From: Chthoniobacter flavus
Lineage (GTDB): Bacteria; Verrucomicrobiota; Verrucomicrobiia; Chthoniobacterales; JACTMZ01
NCBI GenBank assembly: GCA_945871065.1
Contig: CAMBUL010000003.1
Coordinates: 269-64,268 of the forward strand
Direction: 5' to 3'
Length of the DNA stretch: 64,000 nucleotides
The position numbers were made by a program, and so were the translations under genes. Shown piece after piece: positions 45,933 to 56,280 of the stretch (its first letter is position 1; the number at the start of each line of letters is the position of its first letter). The notes beneath the pieces are model-generated. The model was not told where the DNA came from, searched no databases, and was given only the letters and a program-made list of their open reading frames with translations.

Positions 45933-47168
45933 TCAATCCACCGTCGAGATGGTGTAACCGCGCTCGCGCAGGGCGGCGGCCGCCATGGGGGTCAGTTGGC
46001 CATCGGTCCACAATTCGGCCCCTGCGGGGGGCGCGCCTTCGCTCTGGAGCAAGGCTTGGGAAATCTCATCGGCGGTGGGTGTCCACCAAAGGAGGTCAGC
46101 CGGTAGGGGAACAACCAACTCGTTTTGCTCCGAAACGGCAACCGGCAGCGCGTGAAATATCTCAAGGCGGGCCAGCGGTCCCTGCGCGGCCACGCGGCGT
46201 GCGAGCAGAGCAGCAACTTCCCGGTAGTAGGTCGCATCCGCGCTATCCTCCACCCCGGCACAAGCGGCAACGAAACGTGGGATGCCCTTCTTCGTCCCCA
46301 ATTGCTTGAGGGCATCGACCAGCACGGTGGTCGATGCGGGGGTGAACCAGCGGTTGGCGAAAAGTGCGGCGATGGTGTCCGGCGGAACGCCGAGCGAACT
46401 CAGGTCCTCGCGATCCGAGGCGCGCAAGTCGGCCGCGGAGGACGAGACAATTTTTTTCGTCAGATTGCCGCTGATATTCAACCCGGTGACTGTTCCGGAG
46501 ACGGCCGCAGGCGCGACCAGCATGGTGAGGGCCTTCACTCCGATGCCGCCGAAATAGGCCGCGGAGGCGGTCTCGTTGAGGATATTTTGGAAGGTTTCGT
46601 CCGGCAGGTAGGGGTCAACCCCGAGGGAGACGGCCAACTGACGCTTGATGCTGCCGAGGCCGATGAGGTCCGAGGCGGCTGTGGAGTTCGCGCTGCCTTC
46701 GGCGATCTGGCGGCTGTTTTCTTTGATTTGTCGGCCGGTACGTTTGAGGAAGTTCATCGCTCCCTTGGGCATGGCGGCGAGTGTCTTGGCCGGATCGGTG
46801 ACCAGCTTGGCGGCTGCTTCGATCGGTGCCTTGGCAGCTTTGCCGGCGGCCCGGCCGAACATTTTTTCACGATCCATTTTCCCGAGTTCGGCGATGGCGC
46901 GGAGCATGCCGGCATAGGCGGCGAGGTTTTCCCGGCCGGAAAGGGAAAATCGTCCCCGCGGACCCGTGCCGGAAAAGCGCAAACTGGCGCCATCCGGTTC
47001 CGCCAGGGGATCAAGCACCAAGCCGGCGCCGTCGATTGTTTCGGCGGAAACATAATCTGCCGCGGCGACCGGAACCGGGGTTTCGTGGGGTGCCTCCGCG
47101 GCGCGCGCGGGGTCGGTCAAGAGTCGGCAGGCGAGCAGAGCGAGGACGAGGGTGAGGTTGTTTTTCAT
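45933..47168 (-). CDS. Hypothetical exported protein
   Basis: Long ORF with N-terminal signal-like segment and coding-like codon bias. Confidence 0.7.
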   Translation of the reverse strand: MKNNLTLVLALLACRLLTDPARAAEAPHETPVPVAAADYVSAETIDGAGLVLDPLAEPDGASLRFSGTGPRGRFSLSGRENLAAYAGMLRAIAELGKMDREKMFGRAAGKAAKAPIEAAAKLVTDPAKTLAAMPKGAMNFLKRTGRQIKENSRQIAEGSANSTAASDLIGLGSIKRQLAVSLGVDPYLPDETFQNILNETASAAYFGGIGVKALTMLVAPAAVSGTVTGLNISGNLTKKIVSSSAADLRASDREDLSSLGVPPDTIAALFANRWFTPASTTVLVDALKQLGTKKGIPRFVAACAGVEDSADATYYREVAALLARRVAAQGPLARLEIFHALPVAVSEQNELVVPLPADLLWWTPTADEISQALLQSEGAPPAGAELWTDGQLTPMAAAALRERGYTISTVD

Positions 47169-47196
47169 GCAGAAGTTGGTTTCGGAAAGAAGGGTC

Positions 47197-47871
47197 TCAA
47201 GCCTCCTCCAAGGCGCCGTCGCGGATGTGGAGGATGCGGTCGCCGCGGGCGGCGAGGTTGGTGTCGTGGGTCACGGCGAGGAGCGTGGTGCCGTGCTCCC
47301 GGGCCAAACCGAGGAGGAGGTCGACGATTTCCCCGCCGGTGCGGGAGTCGAGGTTGCCGGTGGGTTCGTCGGCGAAGAGCATGCCGGGACGATTGACCAG
47401 CGAGCGGGCGATGGCCACGCGTTGCTGTTCGCCGCCGGAGAGTTCGGAGGGAAGGTGTCCGGAGCGATCGGCAAGGCCGACTTGCTTGAGCAAGCCGGCG
47501 GCGCGGGCCAAGTCGGGGCGGCCGCCGATGAGTCCGGGCAGCGCCACATTCTCCAACGCGGTCAATTCGGGCAGAAGCATGTAGCTCTGGAAGACGAAGC
47601 CCATGCGCGTGTTGCGCAGTTCGGCTTGGCGGGCGGCGGAGACGCTGTAGAGGTCTTCATTTTCGAAACGGACTTCGCCGGTGGTGGGACGCTCGAGCCC
47701 GGCCAAGGTGTAGAGGAGGGTGCTTTTGCCCGCCCCGGAGGCGCCGCAGAGGAAGACGGTCTCGCCGCGGAGCACGGTCAGGTCGAGTCCGCGCAGGATT
47801 TCGAGGGTGGAACTGCCGAGACGGAACGACTTGCGGAGTTCGCGGGCCTGCAAATGGACGTCGTCCGCCAT
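47197..47871 (-). CDS. ABC transporter ATPase, LolD-like
   Basis: GASGAGKSTLL, GFVFQSY.LLPELTALENV, LSGGEQQR, FADEPTGNLD, VTHD. Confidence 0.88.
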   Translation of the reverse strand: MADDVHLQARELRKSFRLGSSTLEILRGLDLTVLRGETVFLCGASGAGKSTLLYTLAGLERPTTGEVRFENEDLYSVSAARQAELRNTRMGFVFQSYMLLPELTALENVALPGLIGGRPDLARAAGLLKQVGLADRSGHLPSELSGGEQQRVAIARSLVNRPGMLFADEPTGNLDSRTGGEIVDLLLGLAREHGTTLLAVTHDTNLAARGDRILHIRDGALEEA

Positions 47872-47875
47872 GGAA

Positions 47876-49678
47876 TCAAAAGATAGCGGCTTCGAGACGC
47901 GCGCGGAGTTCGGCGATCGGGATGCGCTCCTGCTGCATGGAGTCGCGATGGCGCAGGGTGACGGTGTCGACTTTTTCGGGTCCGTTTTCCCCGATGGTGT
48001 CGAAGTCGACGGTGACGCAAAATGGCGTGCCGATTTCGTCCTGTCGGCGATAACGACGGCCGATGGCACCGGCTTCGTCATAAAAGATATTCATGTGACG
48101 GCGCAGCGAGGCTTCGACTTCGCGGGCTTTGGCCACGAGTTCGGGCCGGTTCTTGAGCAGCGGGAAAATGGCGCATTTGACCGGGGCGATGCGCGGATGG
48201 AGGCGTAGGACGGTGCGTGTCTCGGCTTTGCCTTTTTCGTCGGTCACGGTCTCCTCGTCGAAGGCCGCCGCGAGCACAGCGAGGGCCATACGGTCGAGTC
48301 CGGCGGACGGCTCGATCACATGGGGCAGGTAAAAGCCTTTGAAAAGCTTGTCCGCATAAGCAGCGATTTCCTCGCGGGTGGTGTCCGCACATTTGCGGTC
48401 CTCGAAAAGTTCGTCGATGAATTCTTTTTTCTGCTCGTTGCTAAGTTTTTCGGCGGCAGCCTTGAGTTCCTCATCGAAGACTTCCAGCTGTTTGCCGGAG
48501 AATTTCTGGTGCTGCGAGAGGTCGAAGTCGCCGCGGGCCGCGATGCCTTCCAGTTCCTCCGTGCCGAAGGGGAACTTGAAAAGGATGTCCACCGTGGCGC
48601 GCGCGTAGTGGGCGAGTTCCTCCGGTTTTTGCCAGTGGTAATCGAGCACGTCGGTGCCCAGTCCGACGGAGTCGTAATATTTGGTGCGCTGGTCGACCCA
48701 ATAGCGGTGCCACATTTCCCAGCCCCACGCGGGGTTCGGGGCGGAAAGGTCGGCGCCCTCCCTCCATTTTTCGACGTGTCCATGGATGAGACACACGGCG
48801 TCGTCGGGGCGGATGAAGAATTCCAATTCCATCTGCTCGAACTCGCGGGAGCGGAACGTGTAATTGCGCGGGGTAATTTCGTTGCGGAAGGCTTTGCCGA
48901 TTTGCGCGATACCAAAGGGGACTTTGACCCGCGAGGAATCGAGGACGTTCTTAAACTGCACGAAAATGGCCTGCGCCGTCTCGGGGCGGAGGTAGCAAAT
49001 GTTGTCCTCACTCTCGACGGGACCGTAGTGGGAGCGGAACATCAGGTTGAATGGACGCGGAGCGGTCAGTTCGCCGCCGCAGTGCGGGCACGGTGTGACC
49101 AGACCCGTGATGGCCATTTGTTCGGTGGCGAGAAATTTGTAGAGCTCGGTGGCATCCGCCGGACCGCGGCCCTTCTCGATTTCCTCCGCAACCCAGGAAA
49201 TGGTCACATCCGGATTGCGGACCAGCGCGAGATTGGGGGCGAGCTGCTTGCCTTTGCCCTTGCCCCACTTGAGAAGGACCGCCGGCTGGAAGCGATTGGT
49301 GCCCGGTTCAATCAGCTCCGCAATGGATTGCGTCCAATTCTGCTCCGCCATCATGGCCCACCATTGGTCGGACCGTACCAGCTTCTTGCAGTGTTTGCAG
49401 GTGCTCATCGGGTCGCTGAAGGTGTCCACGTGGCCGCTGGCCGTCCAAACGGTCGGATGCATGATGATGCTGGCATCCAGACCGACGACATCGTCGCGGT
49501 CGCGCGTCATGGTTTGCCACCATGTGTCGCGAAGGTTGCGCTTCAATTCCGCGCCCATCGGACCGTAATCCCAGAAACCGTTGAGGCCGCCGTAGATTTC
49601 GGAGGACTGGAAAATGAAGCCGCGTCTCTTGCAGAGACTGACGATTTTTTCCATCCGTTGTTGAGCTTCTTTGGACAT
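47876..49678 (-). CDS. glyQS: Glycine--tRNA ligase, alpha2 type, with insertions
   Basis: KRRGFIFQSSEIYGG, LRPETAQ.IF, FRNEITP, FRSREFEQME, HVIEPSAG, YRRQDEIGTP. Confidence 0.95.
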   Translation of the reverse strand: MSKEAQQRMEKIVSLCKRRGFIFQSSEIYGGLNGFWDYGPMGAELKRNLRDTWWQTMTRDRDDVVGLDASIIMHPTVWTASGHVDTFSDPMSTCKHCKKLVRSDQWWAMMAEQNWTQSIAELIEPGTNRFQPAVLLKWGKGKGKQLAPNLALVRNPDVTISWVAEEIEKGRGPADATELYKFLATEQMAITGLVTPCPHCGGELTAPRPFNLMFRSHYGPVESEDNICYLRPETAQAIFVQFKNVLDSSRVKVPFGIAQIGKAFRNEITPRNYTFRSREFEQMELEFFIRPDDAVCLIHGHVEKWREGADLSAPNPAWGWEMWHRYWVDQRTKYYDSVGLGTDVLDYHWQKPEELAHYARATVDILFKFPFGTEELEGIAARGDFDLSQHQKFSGKQLEVFDEELKAAAEKLSNEQKKEFIDELFEDRKCADTTREEIAAYADKLFKGFYLPHVIEPSAGLDRMALAVLAAAFDEETVTDEKGKAETRTVLRLHPRIAPVKCAIFPLLKNRPELVAKAREVEASLRRHMNIFYDEAGAIGRRYRRQDEIGTPFCVTVDFDTIGENGPEKVDTVTLRHRDSMQQERIPIAELRARLEAAIF

Positions 49679-49712
49679 GAAAGGCCAATCTTAGCGGCGT
49701 GGACTCCGCGCG

Positions 49713-50639
49713 TCACGCCAGAGGTTTCAGGCCGGCCTCAATCTCGCGGCGCTTTGGCTCGAGGAAGGGTGGCAGGGAAAGTGTTTCGCCGAGCTTGTCG
49801 AGCGGTTCGTCGGTAGTGAAACCGGGCTCGTCGGTGGCAATTTCGATGAGGATGCCGTTGGGTTCACGGAAGTAGAGGCTGCGGAACCAATGACGGTCGA
49901 CGGGACCGCTGCTGGGCGTACCGGATTCGGCCAAATGCTGCGCCCACGCTTGGTAGTCCGCCTGCGTGGTGCGGAGGGCCAGATGATGGACGCCGCCGGC
50001 ACCCTGGCGTGCGGCGGGGATGTCTGGATCGACCCGCAGGTGAAGTTCGCGTGCAGATCCGAGTTTCGAGCCGATTTGGTAGACGTGCACATCGCGTCCG
50101 TCCATCGGGTAAGTGCCGACATTTGGCAGGTGCAGCAGTTCACGGAAGACACGGTCGGTCGGTTCGAAGGTTGGCACGTTGAGGAGCAAAGGACCCAGAC
50201 CGCGGATCTGGTGTCCGGCGGGAACGGGGCTTTGCTCCCAGACGGCGGCAGCCGGTTCGTCGTCGACGATGAGGCTCAAGCGTTGGCCTTCGGGATCCTC
50301 AAAATCCAGCACCGGCTTGCCGTTGCGTTCGGTGACGGAATCTCCCGAGCCCAGTCGATCGCGCCACCATTCGAGCGAGGCGGTGCTGCCGACCCGCAGA
50401 CCGGTTCGCGTCACGCTGCGTGTCCCGCGGCGTTCGGGTGCCGCGGGCCAATCGAAAAAAGTGAGATCTGTTCCCGGCGTGCCGGCGCCGTCGGCGTAGA
50501 ACAGATGGTAGGCCGAGACGTCATCTTGGTTGACCGTTTTTTTGACCAAGCGCAGGCCGAGGTTGCGGGTGTAGAAATCATGGTTGTCGCTTGCGCGAGC
50601 GGTGATCGCGGTGACGTGATGGAAGCCGTGGAGTTTCAT
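49713..50639 (-). CDS. Ring-cleaving dioxygenase (MhqO-like glyoxalase)
   Basis: G.HHVTAI, LVKKTVNQDD...YHLFY, G.G.VHH.A, R..F.SLYFREP.GIL.EIATD.PGF. Confidence 0.92.
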   Translation of the reverse strand: MKLHGFHHVTAITARASDNHDFYTRNLGLRLVKKTVNQDDVSAYHLFYADGAGTPGTDLTFFDWPAAPERRGTRSVTRTGLRVGSTASLEWWRDRLGSGDSVTERNGKPVLDFEDPEGQRLSLIVDDEPAAAVWEQSPVPAGHQIRGLGPLLLNVPTFEPTDRVFRELLHLPNVGTYPMDGRDVHVYQIGSKLGSARELHLRVDPDIPAARQGAGGVHHLALRTTQADYQAWAQHLAESGTPSSGPVDRHWFRSLYFREPNGILIEIATDEPGFTTDEPLDKLGETLSLPPFLEPKRREIEAGLKPLA

Positions 50640-51376
50640 GAAAGCCGTTCCAGCCCGAGGATGCGCACCGCAACGCCGTCCGCGGAGCAGGTGTGACGGG
50701 GTTCGGGCGCGAGGTTCCCGAATCCGGCGAGGGTGGCGGGGAAGACGGAGAATTCCTCGACCTTCGCCGCGCGGAATTCGTAAGGGGGATGGGCTACGGT
50801 GCCGCGGAAGAGTTGTCCGCCACGGCTGGAGTAGAGGTGGTAGCGTTCGAGGAGGAAAAACTCGAGGCTGCCGGGAGCGGCGATCCGGGTCGCGCCTTCC
50901 GGCCGCCAGACAAAGCGGGATTCTTCCGAAGTGCCGCGCCGGGTGGAGCGGTAGTCGATGAGGGATCCGAAACCGGCCCGCATCTTGGCGTGTTGGTAAG
51001 GCAGGCCGAAAAAAATGCGGGCAATGAGGACGGCGAGCGATTGGTTGCAGTCGAGCGAGTAGAACCAGACGCCGGGGACGCCGCGGTCGTCGTGCACGTA
51101 AGTGCGGACGTTGAGCTCGAGAAAATTCGAGATGGGTCCGACGGCGGGGAGCCCGGTGGGCCGCACGGCACGCATGGCGAAGGGGACGATTCCGAGCCAT
51201 GCACCTCCAGCAAAAGTGTCGGCATGGAGTCCGGGCGGAAGGGTGCGCTGGATGAGGTCGGGTTCGACGGTCCAGTGGAGAAAAAGCAGATTCTCCCAGC
51301 GCTGGTGCATCACGGTGCGCTGCCGCGGGTCGGGGTGCCGTGCCGCTTCGCGCTGTTCGCCGGTCGGGCTGGTCAT
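50636..51376 (-). CDS. YqjF/DUF2071 family protein
   Basis: M.Q.W.NLLFLHW, F.ELNVRTYV, GVWF.SLD, FL.ERY. Confidence 0.88.
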   Translation of the reverse strand: MTSPTGEQREAARHPDPRQRTVMHQRWENLLFLHWTVEPDLIQRTLPPGLHADTFAGGAWLGIVPFAMRAVRPTGLPAVGPISNFLELNVRTYVHDDRGVPGVWFYSLDCNQSLAVLIARIFFGLPYQHAKMRAGFGSLIDYRSTRRGTSEESRFVWRPEGATRIAAPGSLEFFLLERYHLYSSRGGQLFRGTVAHPPYEFRAAKVEEFSVFPATLAGFGNLAPEPRHTCSADGVAVRILGLERLS

Positions 51377-52494
51377 GAGAAGAGTTCGCGCCGCGGGTCG
51401 CGGGCAAATTGAAAAGCGGTCGGCCGGTCGGCGGCATTTTTGGCCAGGGCGAGGAATTGGAAAGTGGTGCCCATGCTTTCGGGATGGAGTAATTGGCGCA
51501 GGGCGCGCATTTCGCGGGCCGCTTCGGGCGAAAGTTCCGTTTCCGGCATGGCGGGAAAGGTGCGGGCCGCGAGTGCGGTGAGGGCGTGGTGCTGGTCGGT
51601 AAAGCCGGCGAGGGTGAGTCCGGCCTCCGCGGCGGCGCGGGCCACGGCAGTGAAGTCGACGTGCGCGGTGAGGTCTTGCGTCCCCGGCTCGGCTAGCGGG
51701 TCGTCCGCACGTTGATGCCCCCGATAGGCGGCGAGTGTCCCGGCGGCACGAGCCGGATGATGGCGCACGGCGGCGGGATGTCCGTAGTCGATGAGGAGGA
51801 GCCAGCCCCGGGTGAGTTTACGGGCGACGGTTTGGGTCCATGGCTCGAGGGACGGACAGATTTCCGTGGTGAAGTGTGGGATTCCGTCCGGCACGGGCGG
51901 CGGTTGCCCGGCGAACGGCCTTTCCACAAAGACAAAGCGTCCGCCGTCATAATCGACGCAGCGCTCGTGCCATGCGCCTACGTTGCGGACGAGAAGTTTG
52001 ACTGGGAAAGCGTCGAGCAACTCGTTGGCGAAGAAAACGCCGGTAAAGGGGGGCAGGTCCTTCTCGTGCGCCACGTGGGTGAGATGGTCCGCCCAGGGAG
52101 CGAGGGTCTGTTGCTGGACGGCGCGAAGCTTGGCCAGCGGTTCGACCACCACGATCCGCGGGGTGCGGCCCGGCCAGGCGGAGAGGATGTCGGCCATCAG
52201 TCGGCCGTCGTTGGCGCCTTGCTCGACGAGTGTGAAGTCATCCGGGTTCCCGAGGAGTTGCCGCATTTCGGCAAACTGGGTGGCGAGGAGTTTTCCGAAG
52301 ACGGGGCCGACGTTCACGTTGGTGAAGAAGTCGCCGCGACGTCCGGTACGGTTCGTCCCGCACGCATAGTAACCGCCGTGCGGATGGTAAAGTGCGACGG
52401 CCATGAATTGGTCGAAGCCGACCGGTCCTTCTTGCGCGATGCGGCGGCGGAGTTCTTCCGCGGGTCCGTCAGGGCCGGGTGATTTCCCGGACAT
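51373..52494 (-). CDS. SAM-dependent methyltransferase, MidA/NDUFAF7 (DUF185) family
   Basis: FM..ALY.P..GYY, GDFFT, E.GA..G.L..D, ANELLDAFP, IDYG, QDLTAHVDF. Confidence 0.9.
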   Translation of the reverse strand: MSGKSPGPDGPAEELRRRIAQEGPVGFDQFMAVALYHPHGGYYACGTNRTGRRGDFFTNVNVGPVFGKLLATQFAEMRQLLGNPDDFTLVEQGANDGRLMADILSAWPGRTPRIVVVEPLAKLRAVQQQTLAPWADHLTHVAHEKDLPPFTGVFFANELLDAFPVKLLVRNVGAWHERCVDYDGGRFVFVERPFAGQPPPVPDGIPHFTTEICPSLEPWTQTVARKLTRGWLLLIDYGHPAAVRHHPARAAGTLAAYRGHQRADDPLAEPGTQDLTAHVDFTAVARAAAEAGLTLAGFTDQHHALTALAARTFPAMPETELSPEAAREMRALRQLLHPESMGTTFQFLALAKNAADRPTAFQFARDPRRELFS

Positions 52495-53899
52495 AAACGT
52501 TGATCTGTCCGTCGGGCCCGCGCTCGACGTTGGTGATCTGGAACGGCCGCTGCGCGTCGCGCTGCACGGTCTCGCCTTCGGCTGGAGGCGCTGTGTTGCC
52601 GGGAAAGTCGACGATGACGCGGACGTTTTGTTGTCCTCCGCTGCCGCGCAGGACTGCCCGGCTTTGGCCCGCGGCACTGACTTGAAAATCACCGGCAAGG
52701 TACTGCACCCCGCCGAGGTCATCGGCGGGAAGATTGCCTGCCGCATCGAGGCCGAGGAGGCGGCCGCGCGGCATGCGTCCAGGTTGGTAAACGGTCCATT
52801 GGCCTGTGGATGGGGGTGAGACGGCCGCGGGAGCGGGTGTGGCGAAGGGCTGGAGATTTGCGGCCGGGACGGCGCCGGGATCGACGGGTTCGGCCCTCGC
52901 GACCGGCATGGCGCTCTCGGCGGGGTTGACCGGTTCGGCCCGGGCGACCGGAGTGGCGCTTTCGTCCGTCTTGACGGGAAGGGCCCGGGCCACGGGCCGA
53001 CCGTCGATTTCCGCGGGAACTGCCTTGGGTGGGACCGGTTCGGCCCGGGCGACCGGAATGGCGCTTTCGGCAATTGCTTCCGTGCGTTGCACGCGCATGA
53101 GGGTGGGTGAGCGAAGGGCAATCCCGCTGGGCTTGAGCTGTGCAGAATAGCGTTTGTCGGCTTCGTCAACGGCCGCTTGGTTCAGAACCGGCAGGCCGGC
53201 TGAAATGTTAAGGTCGGCAGGTGGTTCAAGATTGAGAATACCGGAGGCGTCGGTGGAGGTGTAACTACCGTAAAGGAGAGGAACGGCGGTGAGGTTGAGG
53301 CGGCCGTCGGGCATGATGCGGGCATTGATCAGCGCGGACAGATCAAGGGTGCGGGCCAATTGCAGGTCGAGCCCCATCCGTAGCATGCGTTCGAGTTGGC
53401 CCACGTCGGCCCCGGCGGCGGGAAAAATGAGTTCGAGGAGGACGGACGGATTTTCTTTCGACTGGGCGAGGGCGACAACGCCGTCGGGGAAGAAGTTGTT
53501 CGGCCCGAGGCGGAAGGCTCCCATCACGCTGAAGTTGCCGATGACGTAAGGAACCAATTCCTTGGTGCGCTGGTAATTGCGGAGGTAGTTGCGCAGGAGG
53601 GAGGCATTCCCGGCCTCGAGTTCGCGCGGGGTCATTTTGCCGTAGCGCTCGAAAAGTTTGTCGGCGTCGAGGAATTGTCCGCGCGGCGCCTTGGTCAACT
53701 CGAAGCGTTTCGGCGCATCAATTTTCCCAAGCGTGCGAAGGATGCCGTAGCTGATAGCTTTTTCGGGATGTCCGAAAATGTAGAAGCTGCCCACCCATGA
53801 GACGCCGGCGAAAACGGCCAGCAGCAGGAGAAAGACGGTCCAACCAAAGAGGTTGTCTTGGTTCCCGCCGCGATGCCGGTTGACCCTTAGCTTGATCAT
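52469..53899 (-). CDS. Hypothetical membrane-anchored protein with PVARAEPV repeats
   Basis: N-terminal TM helix; Pro/Ala-rich linker with four PVARA(E/L)PV units. Confidence 0.75.
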   Translation of the reverse strand: MIKLRVNRHRGGNQDNLFGWTVFLLLLAVFAGVSWVGSFYIFGHPEKAISYGILRTLGKIDAPKRFELTKAPRGQFLDADKLFERYGKMTPRELEAGNASLLRNYLRNYQRTKELVPYVIGNFSVMGAFRLGPNNFFPDGVVALAQSKENPSVLLELIFPAAGADVGQLERMLRMGLDLQLARTLDLSALINARIMPDGRLNLTAVPLLYGSYTSTDASGILNLEPPADLNISAGLPVLNQAAVDEADKRYSAQLKPSGIALRSPTLMRVQRTEAIAESAIPVARAEPVPPKAVPAEIDGRPVARALPVKTDESATPVARAEPVNPAESAMPVARAEPVDPGAVPAANLQPFATPAPAAVSPPSTGQWTVYQPGRMPRGRLLGLDAAGNLPADDLGGVQYLAGDFQVSAAGQSRAVLRGSGGQQNVRVIVDFPGNTAPPAEGETVQRDAQRPFQITNVERGPDGQINVYVREITRP

Positions 53900-54012
53900 G
53901 GCACGAGAGGGAGCGGGGAGCGCGGCGTTGAGTCGTTCGGTCGGGCCATGTATGCAGGATGCAATGTCTCTAAACCACGGGCCGCAGCCAAGTCAAACGA
54001 CAGGGGTGAGTC

Positions 54013-55752
54013 GTGGGTAGCATACGCGTCTTGCCCGACATGGTGGCCAGTCAGGTGGCGGCCGGCGAGGTGGTGGAACGTCCGGCCTCGGTGATCAAGG
54101 AATTGATGGAGAACAGTCTCGATGCCGGGGCGAAGTCGCTCGAGATCGAGGTCCGGGGTGCCGGATCTGTCCTTCTCAGGGTCAGTGATGACGGATCCGG
54201 CATGGATCGCGAGGATGCTCTTCTCTCGCTCGAGCGTCACGCCACGAGCAAGATCACTTCGGCGGCGGACCTGGCCACCGTGCGGAGCATGGGCTTCCGC
54301 GGCGAGGCGCTGCCGAGCATTGCCAGTGTTTCGGAATTCGTCCTGCGCACCCGGCAGGCGTCTGCTTCGGCCGGCACAGAGGCGGTGGTCAAGGGAGGCA
54401 AAATTGTCGCGGTGCGCGAGGCCGGCTGCGCGCCGGGAACAACGGTGGAGGTGAGGTCCCTGTTTTTTAATGTCCCGGCCCGGCGCAAGTTCCTTCGCAG
54501 TGCGGCCACAGAGGCGGCACATCTTGATCGTGCCGTGGAAACCGTCGCCCTGGCCTTCCCCGGTGTGGCCTTGCATTACCGACGCGACGGCCGCGCAGTC
54601 CACCGGTTGCCGGCGTCCGCCTCGCTCGCATCCCGGGTCGCAGACCTTTATGGAGCGGAAGAGCGCGCGGCTTTGCTCGAGATGCCTGAGGTGGCTGGCA
54701 AAGGCATCCGGGTGAGCGGCCTCGTCTCGCGTCCTGGTGCAACGCGTGCCGACCGTGGCCGCCAGTTTTTTTTCGTCAATGGTCGCGCGGTGGAGAACGT
54801 TTTTCTCTCCACCGGGCTACGCGAGGCCTACCGTCAGATGCTCGAACCCGGCCGCCATCCCTCGCTCTTTGTCCATATTGCCATGGACCCTCAGGCCGTG
54901 GACTGCAACGTGCATCCGGCCAAACGCGAAGTGCGGTTTCGCCACGGCGCCGAGGTACGCGATGCCCTGCGCTCCGCGGTGGAGGCCGCGCTGCGTCAGG
55001 CCAGGGCTGACTGGTTGCAGCCGGTGCGCGCTCATCTGACCGCGCGTGTCCCGCCTCCCACGGATCATGTCCCCCCGGCCAGACCTCTCCGCGTCGCGCA
55101 CCAACCGGAATTGCCGCGGCCGGTTATGCCCGAGTCCCCGCCCGATCCCGGGACGGCGGCTCCACGCGTGCTCTCGGAGGAATTCCGCTTGGTTGGCGCC
55201 TTGTCGCGTCGCTACCTGCTCCTCGAGGGGGGTGAAGGCCTTGTGCTCCTCGACCAGCGGGCGGCGCACCAAAGGATCCTTTTCGAGCGTTTGCAGCGTG
55301 GGGTGGCGGGGGGAGGAGTGGCGGTGCAGAGATTGCTCGCCCCCGCCGTTTTCGAGTTGCCGGCGCGAGAGCATGAGGCCGTGGCGGGAAATCTCGCCGT
55401 TCTCGCGGCGGCTGGATTTGGCGTCGAGGTCTTCGGTGGACGAGCGCTGAAGGTCGAAGCTTTGCCCGATTTTCTGGCTGGACGCGATCCGCAGCGCGTG
55501 ATGGAAGAATTTGCCGCGGCCTGCGTATCGGGGGGTGCGCCCCGGTTGCGCGGGCAGGCGGCCGAAGAAGCGGTACGCCGGGCGGTGGCACGCTTGGCGC
55601 TCGACGAGGGTGGCGCCAAAGACGAGCGCGAGCAGTGTGCCCTTGTCACGCAGTTGCTCGCGTGCCGACTGCCCTACTGTGATCCGGACGGCCGCCCGGT
55701 CATGCTCCAATTCTCCTGGCGCGAACTGGACCGGAAATTCGGGCGCGACTGA
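54013..55752 (+). CDS. mutL: DNA mismatch repair protein MutL
   Basis: IRVL......QVAAGEVVERPASV.KEL.ENSLDAGA, HATSKI, GFRGEAL.SI, D.NVHP.K.EV, DQ.AAH.R. Confidence 0.95.
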   Translation: MGSIRVLPDMVASQVAAGEVVERPASVIKELMENSLDAGAKSLEIEVRGAGSVLLRVSDDGSGMDREDALLSLERHATSKITSAADLATVRSMGFRGEALPSIASVSEFVLRTRQASASAGTEAVVKGGKIVAVREAGCAPGTTVEVRSLFFNVPARRKFLRSAATEAAHLDRAVETVALAFPGVALHYRRDGRAVHRLPASASLASRVADLYGAEERAALLEMPEVAGKGIRVSGLVSRPGATRADRGRQFFFVNGRAVENVFLSTGLREAYRQMLEPGRHPSLFVHIAMDPQAVDCNVHPAKREVRFRHGAEVRDALRSAVEAALRQARADWLQPVRAHLTARVPPPTDHVPPARPLRVAHQPELPRPVMPESPPDPGTAAPRVLSEEFRLVGALSRRYLLLEGGEGLVLLDQRAAHQRILFERLQRGVAGGGVAVQRLLAPAVFELPAREHEAVAGNLAVLAAAGFGVEVFGGRALKVEALPDFLAGRDPQRVMEEFAAACVSGGAPRLRGQAAEEAVRRAVARLALDEGGAKDEREQCALVTQLLACRLPYCDPDGRPVMLQFSWRELDRKFGRD

Positions 55753-55800
55753 GCGGCGGTGTGCCTTGCCCCCCGGCCTGTTTCCCCGCTAAAAAAGACC

Positions 55801-56280
55801 ATGTCCGACCTCCGCATCGAACCGGCGACCCTCGAGGACATGCCTCTTTTGGCGGAGTTGCTGGCGGATCTTTTTGCCCGGGAGCCGGACTTTCATCCCG
55901 ACCAAGCCAAGCAGATCCGCGGGCTGCGGCTGATTTTGGAGCAACCCAACCGCGGCCGCATTTTCGTCCTGCGCAACAATCTCCGTATCATCGGCATGAT
56001 CAACCTGCTTTTCACCATCAGCACCGCGGAGGGCGGATTCGTCATCATGCTCGAGGATCTCGTGGTGCGGGCCGACCACCGGGGTCAGGGACACGGAAGC
56101 CGTCTGCTGCATCACGCGATTGATTTTGCCCGGGAGAAACAGTTTGTCCGCATCACCCTGCTGATGGCACCGGACAGGGAGGGGAAGTTGCTCGATTTTT
56201 ACCGCAAATACGGCTTCCGGGAATCCGAGATGGTGACCATGCGCCTGCTCATCGGCGGAGAGGAGCAGGCCGCCTCGTGA
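55801..56280 (+). CDS. GNAT-family N-acetyltransferase
   Basis: LEDL.V...HRGQG.GS.LL, FY.K.GF. Confidence 0.88.
   Translation: MSDLRIEPATLEDMPLLAELLADLFAREPDFHPDQAKQIRGLRLILEQPNRGRIFVLRNNLRIIGMINLLFTISTAEGGFVIMLEDLVVRADHRGQGHGSRLLHHAIDFAREKQFVRITLLMAPDREGKLLDFYRKYGFRESEMVTMRLLIGGEEQAAS

Noticed and set aside
47197-47871. Complete lolCDE operon
   Set aside because: No LolC/E permease is adjacent, so the LolD identity is not confirmed and the gene symbol is withheld
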